Assembly: GCA_964016885.1 (NCBI GenBank)
Contig: OZ024740.1
Location: forward strand, 202,678,001 to 202,742,000
DNA from: Eledone cirrhosa
Lineage: Eukaryota
Length of the DNA stretch: 64,000 bases
Direction: 5' to 3'
How positions within the stretch are numbered: position 1 is the first letter of the stretch; each line of letters starts with the position of its first letter. The notes under the pieces are model-generated. The model did not search any database and was not told the DNA's origin. It saw only the letters and a program-made list of their open reading frames with translations. The translations under genes and the position numbers were made by a program. Shown piece after piece: positions 1 to 12,605 of this stretch.

Positions 1-274
1 ATTTTCACCTGATGAGATCGGTGATAATCGATCATGGCTTCACAATCGATCTATCTCTTATTGAAACATGTGTCGTGATTAAATGATTGGAATTTTACCT
101 TGCCTTCGGATTTTCATTTTGATACTTATACTCCGTTTTACATCATCTAGCTGTTCCCTTGAATGGAATTGGAGATATACAAAAGCGTGGAGAACTTAAT
201 ATTGCTAACAAAGTTATTGGACCAATTTACACAACCAATAATGCACCTTACTATACAACAACTATATATATATA

Positions 275-2037
275 TTGTTATACTTGGGGAGGGTCATATT
301 TGTGTAATATTGCCAGAATTAATAACAGAACACACTCACTGTTTGGTTGGTTTTCGCTTTTTGCTTCTGTGTCTTTTATATCGGTAATCTAATTTATTCG
401 GTCCTCAATGTTGCCATTGACTGACCGACGGTCAAAAATAATACAGATACAATATAGACACAAACACATATATATAGTTTATCAAAGTTTTTTCGTTGCA
501 CATCTGCAACATCGTCAGTGGTGCTATTGTTTCCTCCCGTTACATTGTATGTCTACGCCATTTTTATTTAGTCTGTCTATATATTTATTTATTTATTTGT
601 TTGTTTATTTTATTTTGTCTTTGCGCATGCGTTTGCGTGTGTGTATAGTGTTTTGTTTGATGTGTGTTCGTGATTGGGTGACTAGTGTGTGTTTATATGT
701 GTTTGTTGTTATTGTGCTTGTGTATGTATTTATTTATTTATTTATCTATTTATTTATTTATTTATTTATTTATACTTCTCTTAGGTCAGTGTTGTTTGTT
801 TGGGTGTTGTTGTTATTCCATTCATTCTTTCTGTTTAGTCTTGGCCTTCTAAGTTCTATTTCACTGGCCTCTCTGATTTGCCTATCTGCTGGGTCATTTC
901 TATGTTTAGATATTATTCTAATTTCTATGTTGTCTATGTTACCATCGTGTTGTTGTCTGGCATGTTCGTATAGTACTGACCCGTTTTTTCGTCCTTTTAG
1001 TTCCCCCCAGTGTTGGTCTATCCTTTCACCTATGCTACGAGCTGTCTCGCCTATGTATGTTGTTGTCATGTTTCTGCAAGTACCCTCTGTACATCTTATG
1101 CTATAGACTACGTTTCTAGTTTTACAGTTTATCCGGGGGTTTACCTTACATATGATACATCTCCTATTAGTACAGTGGGTTTTCTTAAAAGGGTAGGTTT
1201 TGCTGATCAGGGATTTTATGGTGGTTCCTGGCTTTTCTACCACCTTAATCTTTAAGTGGGTCTTTCTCAGAGCCTTTCTACACTGGTTAGCTAATTTCCC
1301 TCCAGGGGTAGCGTCCACAAACATGACACTCTGGTATTTCTGGTTGTCGTACCATGAGCTGGTTTTCCCTATCTTATGTTTAGTCCTATCTAAGCTATTC
1401 CATGATTTGCTCCTGTATAGTGGGCAAATTCCTTTCATGTCCAGTTCTATGAGGGTCTTATACTTTTCCGTGGCTCCTTCGTATACTCTGACTCTGTCTC
1501 TTTGGTTGTAGCCAGAGAACTGCATGCGGTTGATGAAGTGTTGGATGTGTCTTTCCATTTCTGTTGGGTCGCACATGCGGGACACATTCTTCATCACTCG
1601 TACCAAATCTGCGATCAGAATATTAAACTTAGCACTACTGGACATTGCTGAGTTTTTGAGTATCAGGTATTTGGAGGCCATGGGTTTAGCATAGTGTGAG
1701 TGGAGAATTTGGGCTCTCTCGTCTATAGTGTTAATCCAGAGTTCCGTGTCTAATACAGGTAGTCTATTGTTAGGGTGTTTGGAAGGGAAGTCGATAGTTA
1801 CAGTTATACTCTGGTGTATGTAATTAGCTATCTGCTGGATGCTTTCCATTGTGCTATGTTCTAAATCAAACTTGTTAGTGCTCTCTAGTGGGGATATTCT
1901 TATAACTATATTGATATCGTCTACGTAACGAGAGTACATGATGAGGTCTATGGAGCTCTCATTAAGGAGATCTTTAAGTCTCCTTTCCCACCATACCATG
2001 AAAAGGTTGGCAACATCACCTCCCCAAGTATAACAAT
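275..2037 (-). mobile_element. Penelope-like retroelement (RT C-terminal half plus GIY-YIG endonuclease), 5'-truncated
   Basis: ORF 770-2053 has RYVDD, a thumb region (LPVLD), a Cys-rich linker and NVVY..YIGET.R GIY-YIG motif; the 3' end abuts (TA)n. Confidence 0.92.
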
Positions 2038-2155
2038 ATTTGTTTCGACACATGATTTCATATAAAAAAAACCTCGCAAAACTATATATATATATATATA
2101 CGTGGGAAAGTAAGAAATCGGAGAATAGACCGTTAAAACATGTTTATTTAAAACA

Positions 2156-2195
2156 GCACCTACGTACGTTTCGCCCAGTTGGGCTTATCAAGGGC
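2156..2195 (-). ncRNA. Hammerhead ribozyme, U3:A8 core variant
   Basis: GCCC-UUGAUAA-GCCCA-AC-UGGGC-GAAAC-GUAC-GUA-GGUGC, followed by AAUAAA. Confidence 0.62.
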
Positions 2196-2442
2196 ATAAA
2201 TAACCAAAAGTGTTCCTTACATTGCTCGGAAAGAGTTTTTGGGGTTAAATTCACGTCAAGGTTCATTGCTCGCAAAAATAGCTTGTTTTGATTTTATACT
2301 GTATATATATATATATATATGATTGTATGTATAGATAGATAGGGAAAAGGTTTTCTTTCAAATATATTATATTGATGACACAACTGTGCTCAAGTTTGAT
2401 CTATTTGTGGGATTTTACATATTTTATTATTAGTTCTTCATA

Positions 2443-2662
2443 GGGTGGTGGGTTGGCAGTATTGGTAGAGTGTCGGACACCATGTTTTGCAGCATAGAGT
2501 TACTGTCCTTTACGGTCTGAGTTCAAATCCTGCCGAGATTAGCTTTGCCTTTCATCGTTACGGAGTCGATAAAATATAGCACCAGTAATGCAATGGGGTC
2601 AATTTAATCGACTTTCCCCTCTCCCCAAATTGCTAGCCATGTGCCTATAGTAGAAATGATTA
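2443..2662 (+). mobile_element. SINE family B (Nin/Deu-like central domain)
   Basis: GAGTTCAAATCC B box plus GCCTTTCATC...GGTCGATAAAAT..GTACCAG; further copies near 17144, 23470, 26282, 40575-41300 and 42670. Confidence 0.75.
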
Positions 2663-3159
2663 TTTGTTCTTCATGTTTGATTTGGAACAATAGCATTCCT
2701 AAATCCATAAGTCTATTAACATCTTCACAATCTCGTTTTCAGAATATAACTGGTAATATTTCTCCCATGATCCTTTTTTCTACAGCTTGATGCCCTTCCT
2801 ATCACCACTCACTTCACAGAATGTACTGAGTGCCTTCTTTCATGGCACTAACTGAATCTTCTTGACCCATTTTTTTGCATTGTTTCGACTGCTGGATGAC
2901 CTTCCCATCACCAGATTTTATATAAATTGAATCTTTTTTTTTTCATTATTATTACAAACCAAAGATGACAAGAGAGAAGACCAGATTTCTATATTTATTA
3001 ACATCCCAATTATGATTTTAAATTCATTTTATATAAAATATAGATTAATGATTTTATGGAATAAATTGTAAAATATGAATGAAGCAAACATATCAAGCCT
3101 ATTGGGAACAAGCGAATTAAGCTTACCAGCTAGTATATATATATATATACATACACATT

Positions 3160-3198
<39 letters not shown>

Positions 3199-3417
3199 GG
3201 GTGATTGGGTAGTGTATTGCTTATAAATATGCACATTTTATTCATGGCAGTGCTTTGATTTATACAGATGCTATTTGATTTCTTGCCTGCCATATTTCCA
3301 GTATTAATGAAATAAAGTACCAGTTAAATACTGGTTTGATATAATCGACTTCCTTCTGCTCCTAAATTGCTGGTCTTTTGCCCATTTTAGACAAAATTTT
3401 TGTCCTCCTTTTTCATC

Positions 3418-3427
<10 letters not shown>

Positions 3428-3448
<21 letters not shown>

Positions 3449-4440
3449 CTGCCCACCACCTCACCTTCTATGGCCCCATCGAATGCCATGGGACCCCTGC
3501 CACCCGCCTTGGGATCGAGCAACACACTATCTCCACCCAACAGACCTACAAACACCCCCCCGGCCTGAACTCCCCACCCCTCTTCCTTTAGCCTTCAACT
3601 GTCCCCCTCCCCTACACACACACACACCGTACTAACACCACTAAAACACTCCCAGTTTCACTGTCTCCTCCACTTCCAGCCATCCCTCCATCCCCCTTAG
3701 CCCACCCCACAACTAATAATACTAACACCCCCCTCCCTTGTCCCACCCCACAACTAATAATACTAACACCCCCCACCCCCTTGGCCCACCCCACAACAAA
3801 TAATACTAACACCCCACCCTCCCCCTCAATACGCACACACCCACCAGTACATATATACGCTCACACTATTCACACACCCTACTACCACCACTAACCCCCA
3901 CCCACTATTCCACATACGACCACCCCACCACTAATAATACTAAGCATCCCCCCAACCCACCTTCCCCCTCACCACATACACTCACCCATGTACACACCAA
4001 TACACCACCCACTCCACACCCACACTACCACCACTAACCCTCACTCACACACCCGCATTCAACACCCCTACCACCCGTCCGTCTGCCTTCCTCCCTACCA
4101 CTGCCTGCTTGTCACCTTCCTACTGTTATCTCCTTCCTCCCTCCCACACCCTTCGCCCTGCCTTGACCCCCTAGCCACTTCCTGTTGCATACGCGCACCC
4201 GACAACCCTCTATTTCTTCAATACCACACCAAGGATTCTACACCACTGGTCCACCCCTCCAGGCATCCACCCTGCTATACTCGGAGTTTTCAACATCCAT
4301 TCCTATACTCTGCGGGAAAATATCTAGGAACACACACAAACACTTACACTATTTTCGCACATACGCAACCATACATCCACACCACACAAAAACACACACA
4401 CGCGTGCGTATCCTCACATACACACACTCGGCCTCCGAGT
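3428..4440 (+). mobile_element. Probable 3' fragment of another PLE (GIY-YIG C-terminus plus C-rich tail)
   Basis: Starts at (TA)n; TRLGIEQHTISTQQTYKHPPGLN resembles the PLE R..E...I..L.T..P.GLN terminus. Confidence 0.45.
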
Positions 4441-4449
4441 GGTTGGCTT

Positions 4450-4960
4450 TAGAAATAGCATCTAACTTTAGAAACCTTACCAAAAAGTTCAGAAGTCTCT
4501 TCAGCCACATCAAGAACATGACATCCTCTATGGTGCTGGTGCCACAATCAAATACACCTAATACACTCTGTAAATTAGTTGGCATTATGAAGAGCATCAT
4601 ACTGTAGAAATGACACCTCAAATGGAACATATAAAGTTTGATATGGTCCTTTGACCTGTTTTGGGTGACTATAATTCCAATTAAGTACTGACTTAGACTG
4701 TAATGAACTATGCAACTTGGAAAACAAACATAAAATATTGAGTACCTCCTGTAAAGTAGTGACAAGCTGGTACTATGTAGGATAGAGGAGACCTTTTTGC
4801 CCTGCCAAAGACTTGACCACCTCTCTAGAGTCTGTTTGGTTAGGGAAAGAAGAGGACTACTAATGGCCCTTTTCTGTGTCTCTGAGAATTGTTGGAGGAA
4901 GGGAGTAAAGTTATCCTCAATCCAGAGACCAAGCCTGATTATAGTGGATTCTCCCAAAAG
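4450..4960 (-). mobile_element. Ancient LINE RT C-terminal remnant (CR1/L2-like)
   Basis: Degenerate QKRAI / IIRL...LQ / STSLSLLYR-type residues only. Confidence 0.3.
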
Positions 4961-7144
4961 CCAACTGATGGTGTTAAACTAGCTGATTAAGTCTACTACA
5001 TATAATGCACCTATGACCTTACAGTCATGAACTCCAACACCCTAACCACTAGGTCACATGCCTTTGTTACATTTGTAAGTGATAATATTCCAATAAACTG
5101 TTGATTTTGATTATCTAACTTCCACTTGTAATTATCATAAATTCAATATATTTATAGCCTATTTCAGATAAACGTATTTTTCAAGAGACAGAGAGAGAGA
5201 AAGGGGAGGGGGGGAGAGAGAGTTTCTAACATATGAATTCAATTTGCTCATGGCTTCATGAAGCACTTGTATTTAACAGTGAGTTCTTAATTAAAATCTT
5301 CACCCAAACCAGGTCAGATAGATTCATTAATTTCACATTAGCTTCCCGTTACTTCAACAAGAACTTTATTTATTTTTGTTTAAATTATATTATTAACTTA
5401 GTGTTTTTATTAACACCAGTGTTAATTATGAATAAGTTAGTAACAACACAAGTGCTGGTCGTCATAATTGCAGTATTTATCACTTTCTCTCTCCTCACAA
5501 ATGGTTGTGTAGTTATGGAGTTCACTTTGCAATCATGTGGTTTCTGGTTCAATCCCACTGTGTGGTACATTGGGCAAGTGTCTTATGAGAGGATATTTGG
5601 TAGACAGAAACTGAGTTGAAGTCTATTGCATATATATATATATATGCAATAGGCTCCAGCTCTTTCTGGTGAGACATGACAGTCTCCCTAGTGGTTGGTG
5701 ATATAAAGGGCATTTAGCTGTAGATAACTTGTTGGGAGGGCCCTCAGTTGTGTGACCATACATAAGCGAGACACAGACCCTTGGCCTGTCTGGGAGATTG
5801 GTAGCTCTGCTTCAGTACTAACTTGGTCTATGTAGACCCATCTAACTCTTGCTAGCGGGGAAAAAAAAATGCTAAAATGATGATGATGATGATATAGCCT
5901 CAAGTGGGCCAAGGCTTTGAGAGTGAAATCTTATCTCATATCTGTGTATCCAGGTTTGTGTTTGTTTATGTCTTGTTTTTTAGCAATTCAATAAAATCGA
6001 TCAATAAAATAAGTACTGGAGTTAATATGCTTGACTTAAAACCCTTCAAGTTTGTGCTGCAGTATGGTCGTAGTCCAATGATTAAAACCAATTGCAGAAT
6101 AAAAACAATAAGTCCCAGACTTCAAAAGATTAGTACTGGTGTTTAATATCATTGACTAAATCCCTTCAAGTTGGTGCCGCTGCATGGCCACATTCTAATA
6201 ACTGAAACTAATAAAAGCATAAATGGGGTTTGGCTGATCGAAAATAGAATAATTTAGAATATAAACTAAAACAAAATTCCTGTTTATAATGGGGGGGGGG
6301 GGTTTCTCAATTTTCTCATTTTTCATTTTTTTCTTCTTTCTTTCAGTTACATTGTTTACTTTTAATTCTGTTGTTTAAAGTGTTGAAGTAATTACATTTT
6401 TTTGTCTTTTAATTATGTCACTGTACTTCCCTCAACTCTCTCTCCCACCTCTCTCTCTCTTTCTCTCTCTCTCTCTCATATATATATAAGCCAGAACCAG
6501 TTCCCGTCCCACTCTTGCAAGCAGGGAAAAAGTGGACGTAAAATGAAATGATGATGATGATGATGATGATGATGATACCCCTCTCTCTCCCTCTCTCTCA
6601 TGTGACATCACATTAGAAAACTGTAACTGAAAAACATTGGAAAATTTCAACAAAATAATATTTAAAGAATACTTTTTACTGAAACAAAACCATAACGTTT
6701 CTCTCTCTCTCTTGCCCTCCCTCTCTCTCTCTCTTGCCCTCACTCTCTCTCTCTCTTGCTCTCTCTCTCTCTCGCTCTCTCTCTCTCACTCTTAATATCC
6801 TGTAATAATTTAAAAGAAAATATCTGAAAGTAAGTTTGTTAATTCAAATACTGGACTATCTTTACTTGTGGGCAGATTGAAACTTTGCAGTAAACTAAAG
6901 AACTAATTTTCAATGTGATGGAGTCATGGTGTTTCTTTGATAATGCTTCCTTTTTGTGCTGGTCACCATTGAAACCGTTGGTGTCCTCAGTGCCCAAACT
7001 GACATTTTCCTCTGAAAAATCCGGAGGAGTGCATTCTGCCAAAGAAAGAAGCTTTTTGTGGCAGAGTGATTGATGCATTGGGTGTCACTAGCTGTTCTCC
7101 GTGGAAATGGCTTTACCATTTTGTTCTTGGTGCGCAGATGAGAT

Positions 7145-9754
7145 ATCATCATCATCACCGGTTTACGTCCATTCTTCCACGCTAGCATGGGTTAGACGGG
7201 TTGTCCTGTTGTGGGCAGTGTCTGGTCGGCTGACCATGCCTTGCTCATACAGGAACTGATTCTGGTTTGATTTCTACAGCTGGATGCCCTTCCTAACACC
7301 AACCTCATTTACAGTGAGTGCTGGGTGCTTTTTCCGTGGTGCCTACACGTCCACTTTACAGTGTGGGCTGGGTGCTTTTTTGCCATGGCACCTCCACGAC
7401 CACCTTGCAGTGGGAGGGTGTGGGGGCATATTGTCTATATGCTTCAGCTTGTACCCATGGGAGGTCGGGTACTCTGTATTACTGCGTGACGCCAGAGGTC
7501 ACGGCCGTTGAGAGGTGTAATTGGGTAAGGTCGGCTTTTATCACCTCATCCCAGGTCTTCTTGGGTCTCCCCACTCCGCGGTTTCCATTGACTTCTAGTG
7601 CTCTACACCTTTTTATGCAGCTGTCATCCTTCATACGCATCACATGTCCATACCAACGCAACCGCCTCTCCTGCACACAGTATTTCATTCCTCTTATGCT
7701 CAGTCTCTCTCTCAATTCATTTATGCTTTGTCGTTCGCGTATATTACTATTACACATCCATCGGAGCATGCAGGCTTTGTTTCATGCTAATATACGTAAG
7801 TCTTCCACCTTCAGCGCCCAGGTCTCACTACCATGTAACATTGCTGTTCGGATACACGCATCATACAGTCTGCCTTTCATTTTGAGGGTGAAGCCTTTTG
7901 CAGCTAGCTGTGGCAGTAGTTCCCTGAACTTCTTCCATCCCGTTCTTACCCTAGTTATTGTATTTTCTGAACACCCACCTCCGCTGCTAATTCGGTCACC
8001 TAGGTAGCAGAAGCTGTCTACTGTTTCTACAGAGCCCTCCCAGAGATTGGTGGTGCTTGTTTCCTGTGGCTGTTTGCTGCTTGCTGTCCCAGCACAGCTG
8101 CTGCATGTGAAGCCTACATTCTTAATTAAGCTTCCTGTGATCCTGCTACATCTCTTGTGTACCCATTGTTTGCATTTGGAGCAGAGAATGGAGTTCCTAC
8201 CTACACCTTTCCTACATACTGAGTAAGGCCATTTCCCTGAGGGGATCTGGGTTCTGTTTTCTCGTCTACTTACAAGGACCTTAGTCTTTGTCATGTTGAC
8301 TTTGAGACCCTTTCTTTCTAGTTCCTGCTTACAAGTTTGGAATTTCTTTTCTAGTTCTACCATAGATTCAGCTATAAGTGCGAGGTCATCAGCATACAGG
8401 AGTTCCCATGGGCATCCTATCTTAAACTCCTCCATTATTGCCTGTTAGAACTATGATGAACAGGAGAGGGCTAAGAACAGAGCCCTGGTAGACACCAACC
8501 TGTACGCTAAATTCCTCGCTATACTCATTGCTAATCCTAACTTTGCTGACTGCTCCCCTATACATGGCTTGTACAGCTTTCACAAGCCATTCATCTACTC
8601 CTAGTTTTCTAAGAGCCCACCAGATTACAGCACGTGGAACTCTGTCAAAGGCTTTCTCGAGATCGACGAATGCCAGGTAGAGTGGTTTACTTTTAGCTAG
8701 GTATTTTTCCTGTAACTGCCTCACAAGGAAGAGGGCATCAGTGGTGCCTCTTCCTGGTACAAACCCAAATTGCATCTCATCTAGTTTCACCCGGTCCCTA
8801 ATCAACTGTGCTATAACTGTTTCTGTTACTTTCATGACCTGGTCCATCAGCTTTATACCTCTATAGTTTCCTCTATCTAGTGCATCACCTTTACCTTTGT
8901 AGCAGTTGACAATGATGCTACTGCACCAATCTTTTGGTATGACACCTTCTAGTATTACCTGGTTAACAATACGTGTAGTTATAGTGTGACCTACAGATCC
9001 AGATGCCTTCAGCATCTCGGCAGCTATACCCGATGGACTGGTTGCCTTCCCCATCTTCATATCTTTGATTGCCTTATTTACTACGCTGCTGCTGACTTGT
9101 ACTGCTGGCCCCTCTATAGGGTCTATTTGGGGTAGGGTCTCTTCTTCCCATGCATTCTCCTCATTTAGTAATCTATCATAATGGCTCTTCCATGCATCTT
9201 TCTTCTCAGCACTTGTGAGGGCAAGCTCACCTTTATCATTCTGGATACACTTCTCTCCAATGACATCACAATTCTCTCTGACACACTGCCTCGCAATCTT
9301 GAACACCTCCTGTTTCTGGTCCTCACGTTGCAAAACATGCTTGAATTTTCTAACCTCTGCTTCCCTCCTAGCTAAGTATACTTGTCGCCTAGCTTCCCTC
9401 TTGGTCTCTATGTAATGTACCCTGCTACCCCCTTTCTTCCATTCTTTCCATGCCTGTCTCTTGGCCTTAACTGCCTCATCTACCTTATTGTTCCACCACC
9501 AAGTCACTCTCCTCCTGCCTGTGGCCTTACTCCAGCCACAGATATCATCTGTCGCCTCTAGTAAGTTATTTTTTAGGAACTCCCAGTGCTCTTCTACATT
9601 GAATGTTTCTATCTGTTCTTCTTTACTGTCATAGGCGTTGAGTAAAATATCTTTAAATCTGTTACTGGCTGAGGGGTCTTTCAGCTTCCAGATCTTTCTT
9701 CTCCAGGTTGGCCTCTGTTTCCAGGTTCGTCTAGTTCTGACCGTGAGGTCGCAT
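7145..9754 (-). mobile_element. RTE-clade LINE, 5'-truncated and frameshifted
   Basis: RT motifs QFGF, FVDLEKAFD, QGSVLSP, LLYADD; frameshifts near 8445 and 7785; (ATG)n-type 3' tail. Confidence 0.95.
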
Positions 9755-11628
9755 ACCAGAACTGAGATGTAGTTTGTCACTCCGCTCCCCCCCCCCCCCC
9801 ATTTTCCCTTACCTTTGCTTTTTAATGTTACTAGAATTTTTTCCAACATGCTGACGTGTATGTGTATATATGTGTGCTTGTGTACACACAAGTGTAGTGA
9901 ATGTTAGATGATGTTTTCTGTAGTTTGTCATCACCCCTTCCTTCCTCATTGAGTGACGGGCGGACGGACAGAAGTCGCTCAAATTTATAGAGATTTCTTT
10001 TTCGTTTTCTTTTTATATACAAATGTTGATGAATTGTAAATTTCTTATGTTGTTATATAAAATCACAACATATTAGAGTTAGCTCCCTTAAAGTCAACTT
10101 GACATCAATGTCATGATCTTTAGGACATTGATACGAAACACCTCTTGCCTCTCACTGTTTTGAAGTTTTCTCGGTTTTTATTTAAATTTAGCTTCAAATA
10201 AACATTTTACATTACCACACCCTTCTGTAATAACAAGTGGAAATGTTAATTTATTTAAAACTTTCTTCTTAAATGTCTTCCTCGTCATTATAATATTGAA
10301 AGATATGAAGACTGTTTTACACTGCAACTGTGGTGTTGGTGGTGGTAGTAATGGTGGGTTGTTGGTGTTGGTGGTGGTGATGGTGGTAGTAGTAGTGGTG
10401 GGTTGTTGTAGGTGGTGGTAGTGGTAGTGGTGGGTTGTTGTAGGTGGTGGTGGTGGTGGTAGTAGCATTGGTGGGTTGTTTTTGGTGGTGGTGGTAGTAG
10501 TAGTGGTGGGTTGTGGTGATGCTTGTAGTAGTAGTGGTGGGTTGTTGTTGGTGGTGGTGGTGGTGGTGGTGGTGGTGGTGGTGTTGGTGTTAGTGTTGTT
10601 GTTTTTGTAGGTGGTGCTTATTGTGATGTTCAAAAGACAGACTGTATAAAAATATATCTATAGAATATTGTGTTGTATGGTAATTGATGCAGTATGGCCG
10701 AATAACTAATTGGTATTGTTAAGTGATGTTGGTGGATAATGCATGCTATAGTTGTGGTAGAACAAACCAAGGAGGATGTAGAAAAAAGTAGTGAGATTAG
10801 ATGTTGTGTCTCACAGACTAGATTATACTGTATCAAGATGAGGAGTGTTATTCGGTTTTACACATCTGTCTAAGCCATTTCAACAAGTAAGGAAGGTCAT
10901 AAAATGATTCTCTACGAAAAGTGGCTCAGATTAAACAAATAGCAATCTGAGCCACATTTTTTTTATTAAAACAGAAATAATTATCAAACTCCATTTAGAT
11001 GCCAGCAAACCACAACAGAAATATAAACCTTTCTTGTCAATTTTACTTTTGATAATCATAAAAACTGTGAAACTGTTAAAGTATATAATTATTCTAAAAA
11101 GACTCCAGTTGCATTTTAAATTTCTTCTACCCTCGTAGGACATTTTAAAAAACCTTACCTTCTTATATATATATATAAGAAAGACGATTTGTTATGTCTT
11201 CATTACATTTATTGAGTAGTGACATGTGTTTCGCTATTGATCAGCTCAAAGTTCAATCTGTATCGATCTAGCCCGACTCTGGAATCAAAAGCTCATTGGA
11301 CCTCTGCTTTGGTAATGACCGAACCCTAACCCTAAGCCCTACAGGTTCATTCTGTCATTACCACAGCAGAGGTCCAACGAATTTTTGATTCCAGAGTCAG
11401 GCTAGATCGATACAGAGCTGATCAATAGCAAAACACCCGTCACTACTCAATAAACGTAATGAAACATAACAAATCGTCCTTTTTATCATTATTATTATTA
11501 TTACACTCTGCTTAGTTCTATACCTCTATACGGACTGGAAACTACGCATCAAGTGCTCACTCTGGTGAACCTACAATAACTGGATGTTACATTCCCTATA
11601 TATATGTATATATATATATATATATAAA

Positions 11629-11952
11629 TCATCATTTTCATCATCATTTCATTTTACGTCCGCTTTTTCCCTGCTTGCAAGGGTGGGATGGGAACTGATG
11701 CTGGCTTGATTTCTACAGCTGGATGCCCTTCCTAACACCTACCTCATTTAGAGTGAGTGCTGGGTGCTTTTTTGCCGTGGCACCTCCACGACCACTTTGC
11801 AGTGGAATGATAGGGACCCCAGTCCCTATCATCTCATTTCTACAGCTGAGTAAACTGGAGCAATGTGAAATAAAGTGTCTTGCTCAAGGAAACAACACAT
11901 CACCCGGTCTGAGAATTGAACTCGCAACCTTTCGATTGCAATGCCATGTGCC

Positions 11953-11956
<4 letters not shown>
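11629..11956 (-). mobile_element. tRNA-derived SINE with RTE-type 3' tail (family A)
   Basis: Near-identical to 12926-13263, 23025-23417 and 45696-46049; shares GGAAGGGCATCCAGCTGTAGAAA and the (GAT)n tail with the RTE 3'UTR. Confidence 0.85.
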
Positions 11957-12004
<48 letters not shown>

Positions 12005-12073
12005 TATGAAGAGAGAAGAAACATTTAGATATAATTAGTAATAAAATGTATCATACCTAAACTGCTCCTAGAT

Positions 12074-12163
12074 TCCTCGACTACGTAGTTTCGTGGCATA
12101 AACAAAAACAATACATCATAAAGATATAGAGTCTCTGCGAGGTCTGCCGACTTATCAAGAGGA
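12074..12163 (-). ncRNA. Hammerhead ribozyme, U3:A8 core variant
   Basis: UCCUC-UUGAUAA-GUCGGC...GCCAC-GAAAC-UACGUA-GUC-GAGGA. Confidence 0.68.
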
Positions 12164-12227
12164 TACCTCATTTTATTAGTCTCAAGAACGCGTCTACACG
12201 ACGTGGTGTCCGCATGTATCTGTGTGT

Positions 12228-12307
<80 letters not shown>

Positions 12308-12384
12308 GCTGTTTCAAAAATATTCTTACTTGACATTAGAGTCGCTAAGTTTATAGCTTCTAATTTGAATCGAAAAAGACGGGT

Positions 12385-12456
12385 GATGTGTTGGTGTAAA
12401 TGGTAGCACAGTGGTCCGGATAACCAAAGATGTGGGTTCGACTCCCATGTACGTCA
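12385..12456 (+). tRNA. tRNA-like cloverleaf (pseudo-tRNA or element head), nominal anticodon GGA
   Basis: Acceptor GATGTGT/GTACGTC, D arm GTGT/GCAC, anticodon arm TGGT/ACCA, T arm GTGGG-TTCGACT-CCCAT, followed by TTTTT; lacks U33. Confidence 0.5.
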
Positions 12457-12563
12457 ATACTCATCTTTTTCCATTTCTCCGAGGGTTCTTAACCCCACTA
12501 TCAGGCTAAATAATTTCTTTAATTTCTTTAGTCAAAATACGGCGATAGCTAACATTTCTAATA

Positions 12564-12605
<42 letters not shown>

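Noticed and set aside
272-2038. DNA transposon suggested by 21-bp terminal inverted repeats
   Set aside because: The interior encodes PLE RT/GIY-YIG and the second copy lacks the inverted end.
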